A DNA stretch of 64,000 bases from an uncultured Prochlorococcus sp. (GCA_902535025.1 CACARV010000001.1:4161-68160), one strand, 5' to 3'; numbered from the stretch's first letter, positions 44,910 through 54,497 are shown. Notes: a model not told the origin generated them from the letters alone. Translations and numbers: made by a program.

Positions 44910-46562
44910 TTAGGCTAGTTCATCTAGAGCAGTTTCCAAAGCTTCTTTTCTTGTTTGAATTATGCCTTCAACTCCAAACTTAGCTAATCTGTCCTTTACT
45001 TTTTCATTGGCTCCTGCAACAAATGCTTTTCTAGAATTATTTTTTGCTTCTTGCATCATATCCTCTATCGCGAGAGTCGCCGTCACACCAAGTCTTGGCA
45101 CATCGGTGATATCTAATATTAAAACCTTGTAGTTTCTTACAAGCATCATTCTCTCTGATATGCCCTTAGCTGCTCCAAAACTAAGTGGCCCCTTAAGTCT
45201 AAATAACATTACTTCTCCTGAACATCTATCGAGTAATGCTTTTTCATCAGGAGGCAATGCATTTTTAACTTGATCATCTTTCGATAAAGGATTATCCTCA
45301 TCCATACCTTCTAGTTGAGTTTCTGTTATTGAATCAATAGTGAGCATGTTTGCTATAAATACACCAACTAAAACTGCCCAAATTAAATCCCAAAAAACAG
45401 TCATTAGAAGTACTCCGTACATTACTACTGAAGTTTTTAAAGATAATTTATGAGCTCTCCTTAAGAATCCCCAATCAATAATATCTAGACCAACTTTTAT
45501 AAGAATTCCTGCCAGCAATGCAGTTGGTATTTGCTCCGCTAAAGGTCCTGCTCCAACTAAAACTATTAACAGCACAATTGAGTGAACCATGCCAGAAATG
45601 GGCGTTGAGCCTCCAGATTTAACATTTATAACTGTTCTCATTGTTGCTCCTGCTCCAGGTAAACCTGAAAACAGACCTGCAACAGCATTTCCTATCCCTT
45701 GACCTATAAGTTCTCTATCAGAATTATGTTTTGTTTGGGAGATATTATCTGCCACTAAAGATGTCAGTAGGGAGTCAATTGCGCCAAGTACTGCGAGGAC
45801 TAAACCTGCCTTAAAAATAATTGGAAAATATTGATTAAAACTTGGGAAATTTAACGATGGAACTCCCCTTGGAATATCCCCAATTCTATCGATAGCTCCA
45901 TCTCCAAAAATTAATATTGATATTGGAGTTACAATTAGTAGGGCTAAGAGAGGAGAAGGAACCCATTGACTTATTTTTCTAGGGGTTAGAAATACTATAC
46001 CTAGCGTCATTACCGCTACTCCAATAGCGGCACCGTTGGGCTGAAAATTTGAAAATACAGTAGATAAAGATTCTATTACTCCACCTCGAGTGCTAATTCC
46101 TAGTAATGGTCCAATCTGAAGTGCAATAATTATTACTCCAATACCAGACATGAATCCTGAAACGACAGAATATGGAACTAAAGTAATGTATTTACCTAGT
46201 TTTAGAATTCCAAATAATATTTGTAGCAAGCCTCCAATTACTACCGCTGCCATCACTAAGGGTAAAATTTGTCCTGCAGTTAGATCTCTTGGAACTCCTA
46301 CTGCTGCTAAGCCCGCTACTACACCAGCAACAGTTACGCTCATGGGACCGGTAGGTCCACTAACTTGAGCAGGTGTTCCGCCGAATAATGCTGCTAAAAA
46401 ACCAACTACTACCGCTCCATATAGTCCATAAATTGCTCCGCCAGGCCCTAATGCAGCGTTACCAAAAGCAAGAGCGAGTGGCAGTGCAACCACTGCGGCA
46501 GTGATCCCTCCAAGAATATCGCCTCTTACATTTTTTAGATGAAATCCATTAATTATTTTCAA
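44910..46562 (-). CDS. bicA: SulP/SLC26 bicarbonate transporter with STAS domain
   Basis: GDILGGITAAVVALPLALAFG, SGPTGPM, GAIDSLLT, GAGATMRT, GPLSFG; TTG start with SD AAGGAG. Confidence 0.85.
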   Translation of the reverse strand: MKIINGFHLKNVRGDILGGITAAVVALPLALAFGNAALGPGGAIYGLYGAVVVGFLAALFGGTPAQVSGPTGPMSVTVAGVVAGLAAVGVPRDLTAGQILPLVMAAVVIGGLLQILFGILKLGKYITLVPYSVVSGFMSGIGVIIIALQIGPLLGISTRGGVIESLSTVFSNFQPNGAAIGVAVMTLGIVFLTPRKISQWVPSPLLALLIVTPISILIFGDGAIDRIGDIPRGVPSLNFPSFNQYFPIIFKAGLVLAVLGAIDSLLTSLVADNISQTKHNSDRELIGQGIGNAVAGLFSGLPGAGATMRTVINVKSGGSTPISGMVHSIVLLIVLVGAGPLAEQIPTALLAGILIKVGLDIIDWGFLRRAHKLSLKTSVVMYGVLLMTVFWDLIWAVLVGVFIANMLTIDSITETQLEGMDEDNPLSKDDQVKNALPPDEKALLDRCSGEVMLFRLKGPLSFGAAKGISERMMLVRNYKVLILDITDVPRLGVTATLAIEDMMQEAKNNSRKAFVAGANEKVKDRLAKFGVEGIIQTRKEALETALDELA

Positions 46563-46785
46563 AGATGCTCTCCTTTAAATGAATACTTAACTAAAAGATA
46601 TTATCTCTTTATGACGTAAATTTGTGCAAAATGAAGTTTGAGCAAAATATTTTTGTAACTTTTTATTCTCCTTTTTAAAATAATTAAGTTAATTTTCCTG
46701 AAGAAAAGGAGTCTCTGATTGATTTATGTGCGAGGTAAACGATTAATGTATTAAATAAATATTTACTACTTTAAATAATATTCAA

Positions 46786-47787
46786 ATGAATTCGATTATT
46801 CGCCCAAGAAGATTAAGAAGAACTAAGGCAATTCTAGAAATGGTAAGAGAAAACCATCTAAAGGCTTCGGACTTTATATATCCATTATTTATTCATGAAA
46901 AAAATTTTAAAGAAGAAATTTCGGCAATGCCAGGAACTTTTAGATGGGATATAAATGGCTTAATAAAGGAAGTAATAAGAGCATGGGAATTGGGAATAAG
47001 ATGTGTGGTTCTTTTTCCAAAAATCAACGAGAACTTAAAGACTGAAGATGGAGCAGAGTGTTTTAATGAAGACGGTTTAATACCTAAAGCTATTCGAATA
47101 TTAAAAAAAGAAATTCCAGAAATGGCAATAATGACAGATGTTGCTTTGGACCCATACTCGTGCGATGGACATGATGGATTAGTTGATGAGACTGGAAAAA
47201 TATTGAATGATGAAACCATCGAAATATTAAAAAAACAAGCTTTAACACAAGCTAGAGCTGGAGCAGATTTTATTGGCCCTAGCGACATGATGGATGGGAG
47301 AGTTGGAGCAATTAGAAATTCTCTCGATAGTCAAGGTTTTAGTGAAGTAGGTATTATTAGTTATACAGCAAAATATTCATCGGCTTATTACGGTCCATTT
47401 AGAACTGCTTTAGATTCAGCTCCGAGAGAAAATAGTAAAAAAATAATTCCAGATAATAAGTCTACATATCAAATGGACCCTGCTAATTCAAAAGAAGCTT
47501 TAATTGAATCTGCATTAGATCAGTATGAAGGAGCTGATATTTTGATGGTAAAACCTGGAATTTCATATTTGGATATTGTATATAGACTAAGTACTTTTTC
47601 AAATAAACCAATAGCTGCATACAACGTTAGTGGGGAGTATTCCATGGTAAAGTCTGCTGCTATGAAGAACTGGATTAATGAAAGAGATATTGTGTTAGAA
47701 ACGTTGCTTAGTTTTAAAAGAGCAGGAGCAAAATTAATACTCACTTACCATGCTTGTGATGCATCTCAATGGTTGCAGGATACTTAA
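46786..47787 (+). CDS. hemB: Porphobilinogen synthase (ALA dehydratase)
   Basis: RPRRLR, DVALDPY, SDMMDGR, YGPFR, YQMDP, MVKP. Confidence 0.96.
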   Translation: MNSIIRPRRLRRTKAILEMVRENHLKASDFIYPLFIHEKNFKEEISAMPGTFRWDINGLIKEVIRAWELGIRCVVLFPKINENLKTEDGAECFNEDGLIPKAIRILKKEIPEMAIMTDVALDPYSCDGHDGLVDETGKILNDETIEILKKQALTQARAGADFIGPSDMMDGRVGAIRNSLDSQGFSEVGIISYTAKYSSAYYGPFRTALDSAPRENSKKIIPDNKSTYQMDPANSKEALIESALDQYEGADILMVKPGISYLDIVYRLSTFSNKPIAAYNVSGEYSMVKSAAMKNWINERDIVLETLLSFKRAGAKLILTYHACDASQWLQDT

Positions 47788-47849
47788 AAACTCATTATTA
47801 ACAAAAATTTAGTTTATTCTAAGGTTATTAATAGATTAATTGCTTTGTT

Positions 47850-48236
47850 TTGAAGTTTTCACATGAAGTAAATAGGATTGGTCACATTGCACTTAGAGTA
47901 GAGAATCTCGAAAGGGCGAAATCTTTTTATATTAAGCTGGGAATGAATTTGGTTTGGGACGACAAAGATTGGTCTTATTTAGAAGCTGGTAAAGGGAAAG
48001 ATGGACTTGCATTGTTAGGCCCTAATTACAAAGATGCAGGACCTCACTTTGCTTTTCATTTTGAAAATAAAAAAGAAGTAGAAAATATTCAAAATGATTT
48101 AAAAAATTCTGGTGTAAAAGTTGGCCCTTTACATGAACATAGAGATGGAACAGCATCTTTTTATATGAAGGATACAGAAGGAAATTGGCTTGAGATGCTT
48201 TATGTTCCTCCTGAAGGGATTAAATCTAATGTTTGA
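47850..48236 (+). CDS. VOC/glyoxalase-fold protein
   Basis: IGHIALRV, HFAF, FYMKDTEGNWLE. Confidence 0.8.
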   Translation: MKFSHEVNRIGHIALRVENLERAKSFYIKLGMNLVWDDKDWSYLEAGKGKDGLALLGPNYKDAGPHFAFHFENKKEVENIQNDLKNSGVKVGPLHEHRDGTASFYMKDTEGNWLEMLYVPPEGIKSNV

Positions 48237-48251
48237 TTCTTTATTTTTTGT

Positions 48252-50663
48252 ATGCAAGAGAAAAGTTATTCTAAAAAATCACATTCAGATAACACCTTAG
48301 AAGAGGAATCTATAAGCCTTTTAGAGTGGGATTCATTAAAAACGCATCTATCTTCATTCGCCTCAACTGAAATGGGTAAACGAGCAATTTTAAGTTTTGG
48401 TATTCCTTCAGAATACGAAGTATCTAAAAGACTTTTAAATGAAACTGTCGAAATAAATGAGCTAGAAAATAATTTAGATAAATCAATTAGTTTTTCTGAT
48501 GTTTTTGATATTAGTAGAAATATTGAAATTTGTTCTAAAGGAGGTGTAATTTTATCTTCTGAATTGTTAGAAATAGCGAAAACAATAGCTGCAGGAAGAA
48601 ATTTAAAAAAAATCTTATTAGATTTTGAACAAAGGCCTTATATCTCATCATTTACAAAAACTTTAATTGACCATCAGAATATCGAAACGACTTTTAAAAA
48701 AGGCATTGAATCTAATGGAAGAATTTCAGACGATGCTAGTAATGAACTATCTATTCTTAGAAAAGAATTACTATCTAAGAAACTTGAAAGAAAAATTTTA
48801 GTTGAGAAATTTATTCAAAAGAATTTAGCTTATTTGCAAGATACTACTATTGGAGATCGATATGGGAGGCCTGTTTTAGCAGTGAAAGTTAATTATGTAG
48901 ATAAATTTAAAGGCATAATTCATGACTCTTCATCTTCAGGAAATACAGTATATTTTGAGCCTGATAGTGTAGTAAATAACGGTAATAAGATTGCTTCTTT
49001 AGAGGCTAGGATCACAGCAGAAGAATTTAAATTACTTAAGAAATGGTCTCAAATTGTTAGTGATAATTCAAAAAATCTTATTGAAATGGCATCCATTTTA
49101 TTGAGATTAGAAAATGCTCTAACCCGTTCAAGATATTCGAAATGGATTGGAGGCAAAATTCCTTGTTTTGAGAAAAATCCTATTATTTCCTTAATTGGTT
49201 TTTCTCATCCCTTATTGATTTGGGAACATAAGAAAAAAGGAGCTCCTCCCCCAGTGGCTGTCGACTTTCATATAAATAGAAAAATTAAGGTTGTAGCCAT
49301 TACTGGCCCAAATACTGGAGGTAAAACTGCAGCTTTAAAAGGTTTGGGATTGTCTTTACTTATGGCTAGAGCAGGATTATTGATACCCTCAACTAATAAT
49401 CCTATTATCCCTTTTTGTCCAAATATATATGTGGATATAGGAGATAATCAATCATTAGAAGAAAATCTATCTACCTTCAGTGGGCACATATCTCGCATAA
49501 AAGAGATTTTAGATTCACTTGATAATAGAAAAGGATTATCAGTAGTTTTATTAGATGAGATTGGATCTGGTACAGATCCTCTTGAGGGTAGTGCTCTTGC
49601 GATGGCTTTATTAAAAGAATTTGCAAATAAATCTGATATCACTTTAGCAACTACACATTATGGAGATATTAAGGCTTTAAAATATAATGATTCCAGATTT
49701 GAAAATGTATCAGTTGCTTTTGATGAGGATTCTTTGAAGCCAAAATATATACTCAACTGGGGTATCCCTGGGAGAAGCAATGCCTTGTCAATTTCAAAGA
49801 GAATTGGTCTCGATGAAAGTATACTCAATACAGCTGCAAATTATCTAAAGCCAAAAGAAGTTGATAATATTAACAGTATTATTAAAGGACTTGAGGAAGA
49901 GAGGATCAAACAACAAAATTCTGCGGAAGCGGCTGCAGAACTAATTGCAAGAACTGAAATATTACATGATGAACTGAAGAGAAATTATGAATATCAAAAA
50001 ATAAATGCTGAAAAAATCCAGGAAATTGAAAGGTCTAAATTATCAAAACATATTGTATCCGCTAAAAAAGAGGTGATAGATTTGATTGAAAAATTAAGAG
50101 ATAAAAATGTTAATGGAGAGGATACGAGAATTATTGGAAAAAGATTAAAGGAAATTGAGAAGGAACATTTAACCAAAAAAAAATTTGAAAAGTCAATATC
50201 TTGGAATCCGCAGGTAGGCGATTTTGTAAAAATAAAAAGTCTAAATAGTACGGGACAAATTGTAGATTTAGATAAAAAAGGTGGTTTTTACGAAGTTAAA
50301 TGTGGTTCATTCAGAAGCACATTATCTGTAAATGATTTTGAAGGTATTAATGGAGAAAAGCCTAATTTCAAAAGTTCAAAAATTGAGATCAAGTCTTCAA
50401 GAGAAGATTTTTCTTTTTCTAAAATTAGAACGAGTAAAAATACAATTGACGTAAGAGGACTAAGAGTTCACGAAGCCGAAATTATTATTGAGGAGAAAAT
50501 TAGAAAATTTCATGGACCGCTTTGGATTGTTCATGGGATTGGAACTGGGAAATTAAAACAAGGTTTAAGAAAATGGTTATCAGGTTTAAATTATGTTGAT
50601 AAGATTGAAGATGCTGCAATCAATGAGGGTGGACCTGGTTGCAGTATTGCGTGGATAAAATAA
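48252..50663 (+). CDS. mutS2: MutS2 (ATPase with C-terminal Smr domain)
   Basis: ITGPNTGGKT, STFSGH, LDEIGSGTDP, TTHY, Smr IDVRGL...VHGIGTGKL. Confidence 0.94.
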   Translation: MQEKSYSKKSHSDNTLEEESISLLEWDSLKTHLSSFASTEMGKRAILSFGIPSEYEVSKRLLNETVEINELENNLDKSISFSDVFDISRNIEICSKGGVILSSELLEIAKTIAAGRNLKKILLDFEQRPYISSFTKTLIDHQNIETTFKKGIESNGRISDDASNELSILRKELLSKKLERKILVEKFIQKNLAYLQDTTIGDRYGRPVLAVKVNYVDKFKGIIHDSSSSGNTVYFEPDSVVNNGNKIASLEARITAEEFKLLKKWSQIVSDNSKNLIEMASILLRLENALTRSRYSKWIGGKIPCFEKNPIISLIGFSHPLLIWEHKKKGAPPPVAVDFHINRKIKVVAITGPNTGGKTAALKGLGLSLLMARAGLLIPSTNNPIIPFCPNIYVDIGDNQSLEENLSTFSGHISRIKEILDSLDNRKGLSVVLLDEIGSGTDPLEGSALAMALLKEFANKSDITLATTHYGDIKALKYNDSRFENVSVAFDEDSLKPKYILNWGIPGRSNALSISKRIGLDESILNTAANYLKPKEVDNINSIIKGLEEERIKQQNSAEAAAELIARTEILHDELKRNYEYQKINAEKIQEIERSKLSKHIVSAKKEVIDLIEKLRDKNVNGEDTRIIGKRLKEIEKEHLTKKKFEKSISWNPQVGDFVKIKSLNSTGQIVDLDKKGGFYEVKCGSFRSTLSVNDFEGINGEKPNFKSSKIEIKSSREDFSFSKIRTSKNTIDVRGLRVHEAEIIIEEKIRKFHGPLWIVHGIGTGKLKQGLRKWLSGLNYVDKIEDAAINEGGPGCSIAWIK

Positions 50664-50708
50664 AATTTAAAATATCTATAAGACCATTTAATTAAATAAG
50701 TGTATTAA

Positions 50709-51692
50709 GTGCAATTTATTGATCAAGCAAACATTATTCTTAAAGCTGGAAAAGGTGGGAATGGAATAGTTTCATTTAGAAGAGAAAAATTTGTTCCTGC
50801 GGGAGGACCTTCTGGGGGTAATGGTGGAAGAGGGGGTTCAATAATATTGGTCGCTGATAATAATCTTCAAACATTGTTAGATTTTAAATTCAAAAGAGAA
50901 ATAATTGCTGAAGATGGATGCAAAGGAGGTCCTAATAAAAAATCTGGCGCTTCAGGTCAGGATACAATCCTTAAAGTTCCTTGTGGCACAGAAATCAAGG
51001 ATACTAACACTGGCATTATTTTAGGAGACTTAACTAAAGATAAACAGAGCTTAACTATTGCCATTGGAGGAAGAGGTGGACATGGTAATGCTTACTACTT
51101 AAGTAACCAAAATAGAGCCCCAGAATCATTTACAGAAGGGAAAGATGGTGAGATATGGGAGATTCAATTAGAACTAAAACTCCTCGCAGAGGTTGGTATT
51201 ATTGGTCTTCCAAATGCAGGGAAAAGTACTTTAATTTCTGTTCTATCATCAGCTCGTCCAAAAATCGCAAACTATCCTTTCACTACTTTAATTCCTAACT
51301 TAGGTGTAGTAAGAAAAGTTGATGGGAATGGTTGCCTTTTTGCTGATATACCTGGATTAATATCAGGGGCAGCTGATGGAGTAGGTTTAGGGCATGATTT
51401 TTTAAGGCACATCCAAAGAACTAAGATACTTGTACACCTAATTGATTCAATTGCAGAAAATCCCATAAATGATTTTGAGATAATTGAGCAGGAATTAAAA
51501 AAATATGGGAAAGGTCTTCTAGATAAGGATAGGGTAATAGTATTAAGTAAAATGGAGCTTGTAGATGAGAAATATTTGAAAATAATCACAAAAAAGTTGG
51601 AAGATTTATCTAAAAAGAAAGTTTTAGTTATTTCTTCATCTTTAAAAAAAGGTTTATCCTCACTGCTTTCTGAAGTATGGAAAAGGATCTAA
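50709..51692 (+). CDS. obgE: GTPase Obg/CgtA
   Basis: FIDQA, Gly-rich Obg domain, [19 protein letters not shown]. Confidence 0.95.
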   Translation: MQFIDQANIILKAGKGGNGIVSFRREKFVPAGGPSGGNGGRGGSIILVADNNLQTLLDFKFKREIIAEDGCKGGPNKKSGASGQDTILKVPCGTEIKDTNTGIILGDLTKDKQSLTIAIGGRGGHGNAYYLSNQNRAPESFTEGKDGEIWEIQLELKLLAEVGIIGLPNAGKSTLISVLSSARPKIANYPFTTLIPNLGVVRKVDGNGCLFADIPGLISGAADGVGLGHDFLRHIQRTKILVHLIDSIAENPINDFEIIEQELKKYGKGLLDKDRVIVLSKMELVDEKYLKIITKKLEDLSKKKVLVISSSLKKGLSSLLSEVWKRI

Positions 51693-51778
51693 CTTAAATC
51701 AAAATTTTTTTTGTATTTAAATACACTTGATTTAATAATGAAAATTAGCCATAAATAAGATAATTCTTTAAAAATAAT

Positions 51779-51961
51779 ATGAATTTCTACAGTTGTTTTG
51801 ATAAACAAGGAAAAATAATAGCTAGATGTCAAACAATTCAAGATATTGAAGTTCTTAAGAAAATGGGAAGACCGATTGTAGAAGTTAAGGAAATGAAAAA
51901 TGAAGAGTCGGTGGTATGCTCGCTGACAGGTAGCCCATCAGATTTTAATATGGATTACTAA
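51779..51961 (+). CDS. Small hypothetical protein (60 aa, three Cys)
   Basis: ATG start, fills the obg-cp12 gap, followed by a bidirectional terminator. Confidence 0.65.
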   Translation: MNFYSCFDKQGKIIARCQTIQDIEVLKKMGRPIVEVKEMKNEESVVCSLTGSPSDFNMDY

Positions 51962-51977
51962 AAGAATTCAAGAATTT

Positions 51978-52006
51978 TAAAAAAGGGCTTTTTGAGCCCT
52001 TTTTTT
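51978..52006. terminator. Bidirectional intrinsic terminator
   Basis: AAAAAAGGGCT-TTTTG-AGCCCTTTTTTT between convergent 60-aa ORF and cp12. Confidence 0.85.
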
Positions 52007-52032
52007 ATGCATTATCTAATAATTAAGAAAAA

Positions 52033-52251
52033 TTAATCATCGTAAACAAGACATTCTGGTTCGTCAGGGTTGGCGTCGCAAAATAATTCTAAAGCATTTG
52101 GATCATGTTTATCTTCAGGATGATGATCTTTATACTCTTCAAGTTCTTTTAGTTCTTCAGTAAGATGTCTGACCTTTGGAAGATTGCCCTCTGCTTTAGC
52201 AGATTCGATTTCCGATTGATCTTTTTGGATGTGTTCGTCAATGGATTTCAT
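52033..52251 (-). CDS. cp12: Calvin cycle regulator CP12 (C-terminal Cys pair only)
   Basis: C-terminal LELFCDANPDEPECLVYDD signature. Confidence 0.9.
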   Translation of the reverse strand: MKSIDEHIQKDQSEIESAKAEGNLPKVRHLTEELKELEEYKDHHPEDKHDPNALELFCDANPDEPECLVYDD

Positions 52252-52377
52252 TTTAAGCTTTTCGTACTTTAGTAGACATACATAACATAGTTAATTTCTA
52301 ATGAAATTGCATTATCTATGAACTAAATAAGTGTTAATTACAACATCTTTTTTGGTTGAAATTGATTTACATGTTCT

Positions 52378-53322
52378 TTAAGAACCTAATCTCATTATTT
52401 CCTTTAGCGATGGTAAAACTGGTATGAGTTGATTTGGGTTTAAAGGAAATAAAGTTTTGTAGTAATCTTTTTTCCATTCATTGTCGTAGCATGTCTTATC
52501 TACATTAGATAATTTAAAAAATTTTAGTCTCCATTCAATAATCTTCTCGAAATTTGATAATTCTTGTTCAGTACATTTGAAAAGTTTGTTATATATCAAT
52601 TCCCATCTTATGAGCGTTGGAAAAAGGTAAATATCTGCGTATGTTAACTCTTCTCCATTTATCCAGCCACCTTTGTTTTTCTGAAGTAAATTTTCAACTT
52701 CATTTAAAGCTTCGAAAAGATTTCGACTTGCTTTTTCGTATGCTGACTGGTTTCTGGCGAAACCACATTTATATACGCCATCATTAATGTTGTCATTAAT
52801 TAAATCTAAAATTTTTTGATTACAGTCTTTAATGTTTAATGCTTGATATTTTGATTGAATTTTTATTGAATTGAGTAGTTTAATTATCTGGGAACTTTCA
52901 TTAGACAAAATATTTACTTCATTTTTTACAAAACTAATTAAAAGAGGTAATGTCGCTCTAAAAATGATCTTTTCATTAGCTTTTTTGTAAAGGTCAGAAA
53001 GTCTTATACATCCATTAATCTGTGTATTAAAAATCCATTCGCCATGCTCAACATCTGCTTTTAAAAAAATAACTTTTACTTTTTTAGATAAGTGTTTTAT
53101 TTCATGGACGAGTAAAGTTCTTTGGCACCATGGACAAGAATTCCCTACCAATAAATAAACTTGTCCATGTTCTTTATTAATATCGTATTCACTATCAATT
53201 GTTATACCTTTAGGTCTTTTATAATTACCATGTAAATCTGATGGTGCGAAACCATTCATTAATTGGGTCCAAAACCAAAACCAGAATTTTTTGGAGGCCT
53301 TAATAAGGTATTTATTTTGCAT
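52378..53322 (-). CDS. Glutathione S-transferase, Xi/YqjG-like (glutathionyl-hydroquinone reductase family)
   Basis: SCPWCQRT, SNESSQII, INDGVYKCGFA, TYADIYLFPTLIRW, LNPNQLIP. Confidence 0.8.
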   Translation of the reverse strand: MQNKYLIKASKKFWFWFWTQLMNGFAPSDLHGNYKRPKGITIDSEYDINKEHGQVYLLVGNSCPWCQRTLLVHEIKHLSKKVKVIFLKADVEHGEWIFNTQINGCIRLSDLYKKANEKIIFRATLPLLISFVKNEVNILSNESSQIIKLLNSIKIQSKYQALNIKDCNQKILDLINDNINDGVYKCGFARNQSAYEKASRNLFEALNEVENLLQKNKGGWINGEELTYADIYLFPTLIRWELIYNKLFKCTEQELSNFEKIIEWRLKFFKLSNVDKTCYDNEWKKDYYKTLFPLNPNQLIPVLPSLKEIMRLGS

Positions 53323-53344
53323 AAAATTTTATTTTGAAGAAAAA

Positions 53345-54250
53345 ATGACTATTCAAAGAATACTTATCGTTTCAGGCACTCATGGGAATGAAATTAATCC
53401 TATTTGGGCGGTCAAGCAATTTAATAGTGAAGAAAATAGTTTGAATCATGGTATTGAGTATGAGTACATAATAGGTAACCCTGTTGCCTATGAAAAAGGT
53501 TGCAGATATATAGATATAGATTTAAATAGATCATTTAAAGCAAGTGAGAATATTGATCAATACAAGAATAGCTTTTATGAAACTAATAGAGCCAATTTTT
53601 TAGTAGATCAATTTGGAACTGACGGATCTAAACCCTGTCAAATTGCAATCGATTTGCATACTACTACTGCAAATATGGGAACAAGCATTGTTTTGTATGG
53701 GAGGAGATTAAAAGATTTTTGTTTAGCTGCATTACTTCAGAACAAATTTGGATTGCCTATTTATTTGCACGAAAAAGATAAAGTCCAAACAGGCTTTCTT
53801 GTAGAAGCTTGGCCATGTGGTTTAGTTATTGAAATAGGAGCTGTCGCACAAAATTTTTATGATCCAAACATCATAAATAGATTCTTAATAATAATTAGAT
53901 CTTTAAGGGCGGAGATAGATAAATTGAAAAATAATCTTATAGAACTCCCAAAGGAATTGGTTGTTCACGTTCATCAAGGGAGTATAGATTATCCAAGAGA
54001 TGAAAAAGGAAATATTGATGGCATAATTCACCCTGAAAGAATAAATCAAGATTGGAAATTGATTAAAAAAGGAGATCCATTATTTCTTGATAGTGAAGGG
54101 ATTATTCATAAATATGATGGAGATCAGTGTGTTAGACCGGTTTTTATTGGCGAAGTTGCTTATAAAGAAAAAAAAATTGCGATGAGTTACACAAAGAGAG
54201 AAGTTATTTGTTCCAATAATCAATGGGTTCATGATTTTGAAAGCCTTTAA
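53345..54250 (+). CDS. Aspartoacylase (AstE/AspA family)
   Basis: Start reassigned to MTIQRILIV (ATG 53345); GTHGNE, DLNRSF, DLHTT, FIGEVAY. Confidence 0.85.
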   Translation: MTIQRILIVSGTHGNEINPIWAVKQFNSEENSLNHGIEYEYIIGNPVAYEKGCRYIDIDLNRSFKASENIDQYKNSFYETNRANFLVDQFGTDGSKPCQIAIDLHTTTANMGTSIVLYGRRLKDFCLAALLQNKFGLPIYLHEKDKVQTGFLVEAWPCGLVIEIGAVAQNFYDPNIINRFLIIIRSLRAEIDKLKNNLIELPKELVVHVHQGSIDYPRDEKGNIDGIIHPERINQDWKLIKKGDPLFLDSEGIIHKYDGDQCVRPVFIGEVAYKEKKIAMSYTKREVICSNNQWVHDFESL

Positions 54251-54368
54251 ATTAAGAAACCAGAACAATAAAATAATCTTATTAAAATAAGTATTTTTTA
54301 TTTAATAGATAAGTTTATTTAATATTTTATACTTTATATTTTTTTTATTAACTTTAATCTTGCTAAGC

Positions 54369-54497
54369 CTAAATCCTTTCGCTCCAGTAAATAATAGCTC
54401 CAAAACCCTCTAGTTGCAGTCTTCTATACCTGGCCTTTTTCAAGGAAACTACCTCTTTCGATCTTTTTCCGTTAAGAAGCCATTCGATTATTACCAA
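54369..54497 (-). CDS. Small hypothetical protein (42 aa) absent from ORF track
   Basis: TTG 54497 to TAG 54369: MVIIEWLLNGKRSKEVVSLKKARYRRLQLEGFGAIIYWSERI; SD-like GGTGAT 5 nt upstream; GC-richer than flanking intergenic DNA. Confidence 0.65.
   Translation of the reverse strand: MVIIEWLLNGKRSKEVVSLKKARYRRLQLEGFGAIIYWSERI

Noticed and set aside
42643-53322. Idea that FFTR-like reductase, bicA-sbtAB, cp12 and the GST form one redox/carbon control system
   Set aside because: The genes are on different strands and interleaved with hemB, mutS2 and obg; proximity in a compact core genome is not evidence of a single system.
54251-54360. Extremely AT-rich stretch with an imperfect inverted repeat
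   Set aside because: Pairing is weak and expected by chance at this composition; at most a terminator region between convergent genes.
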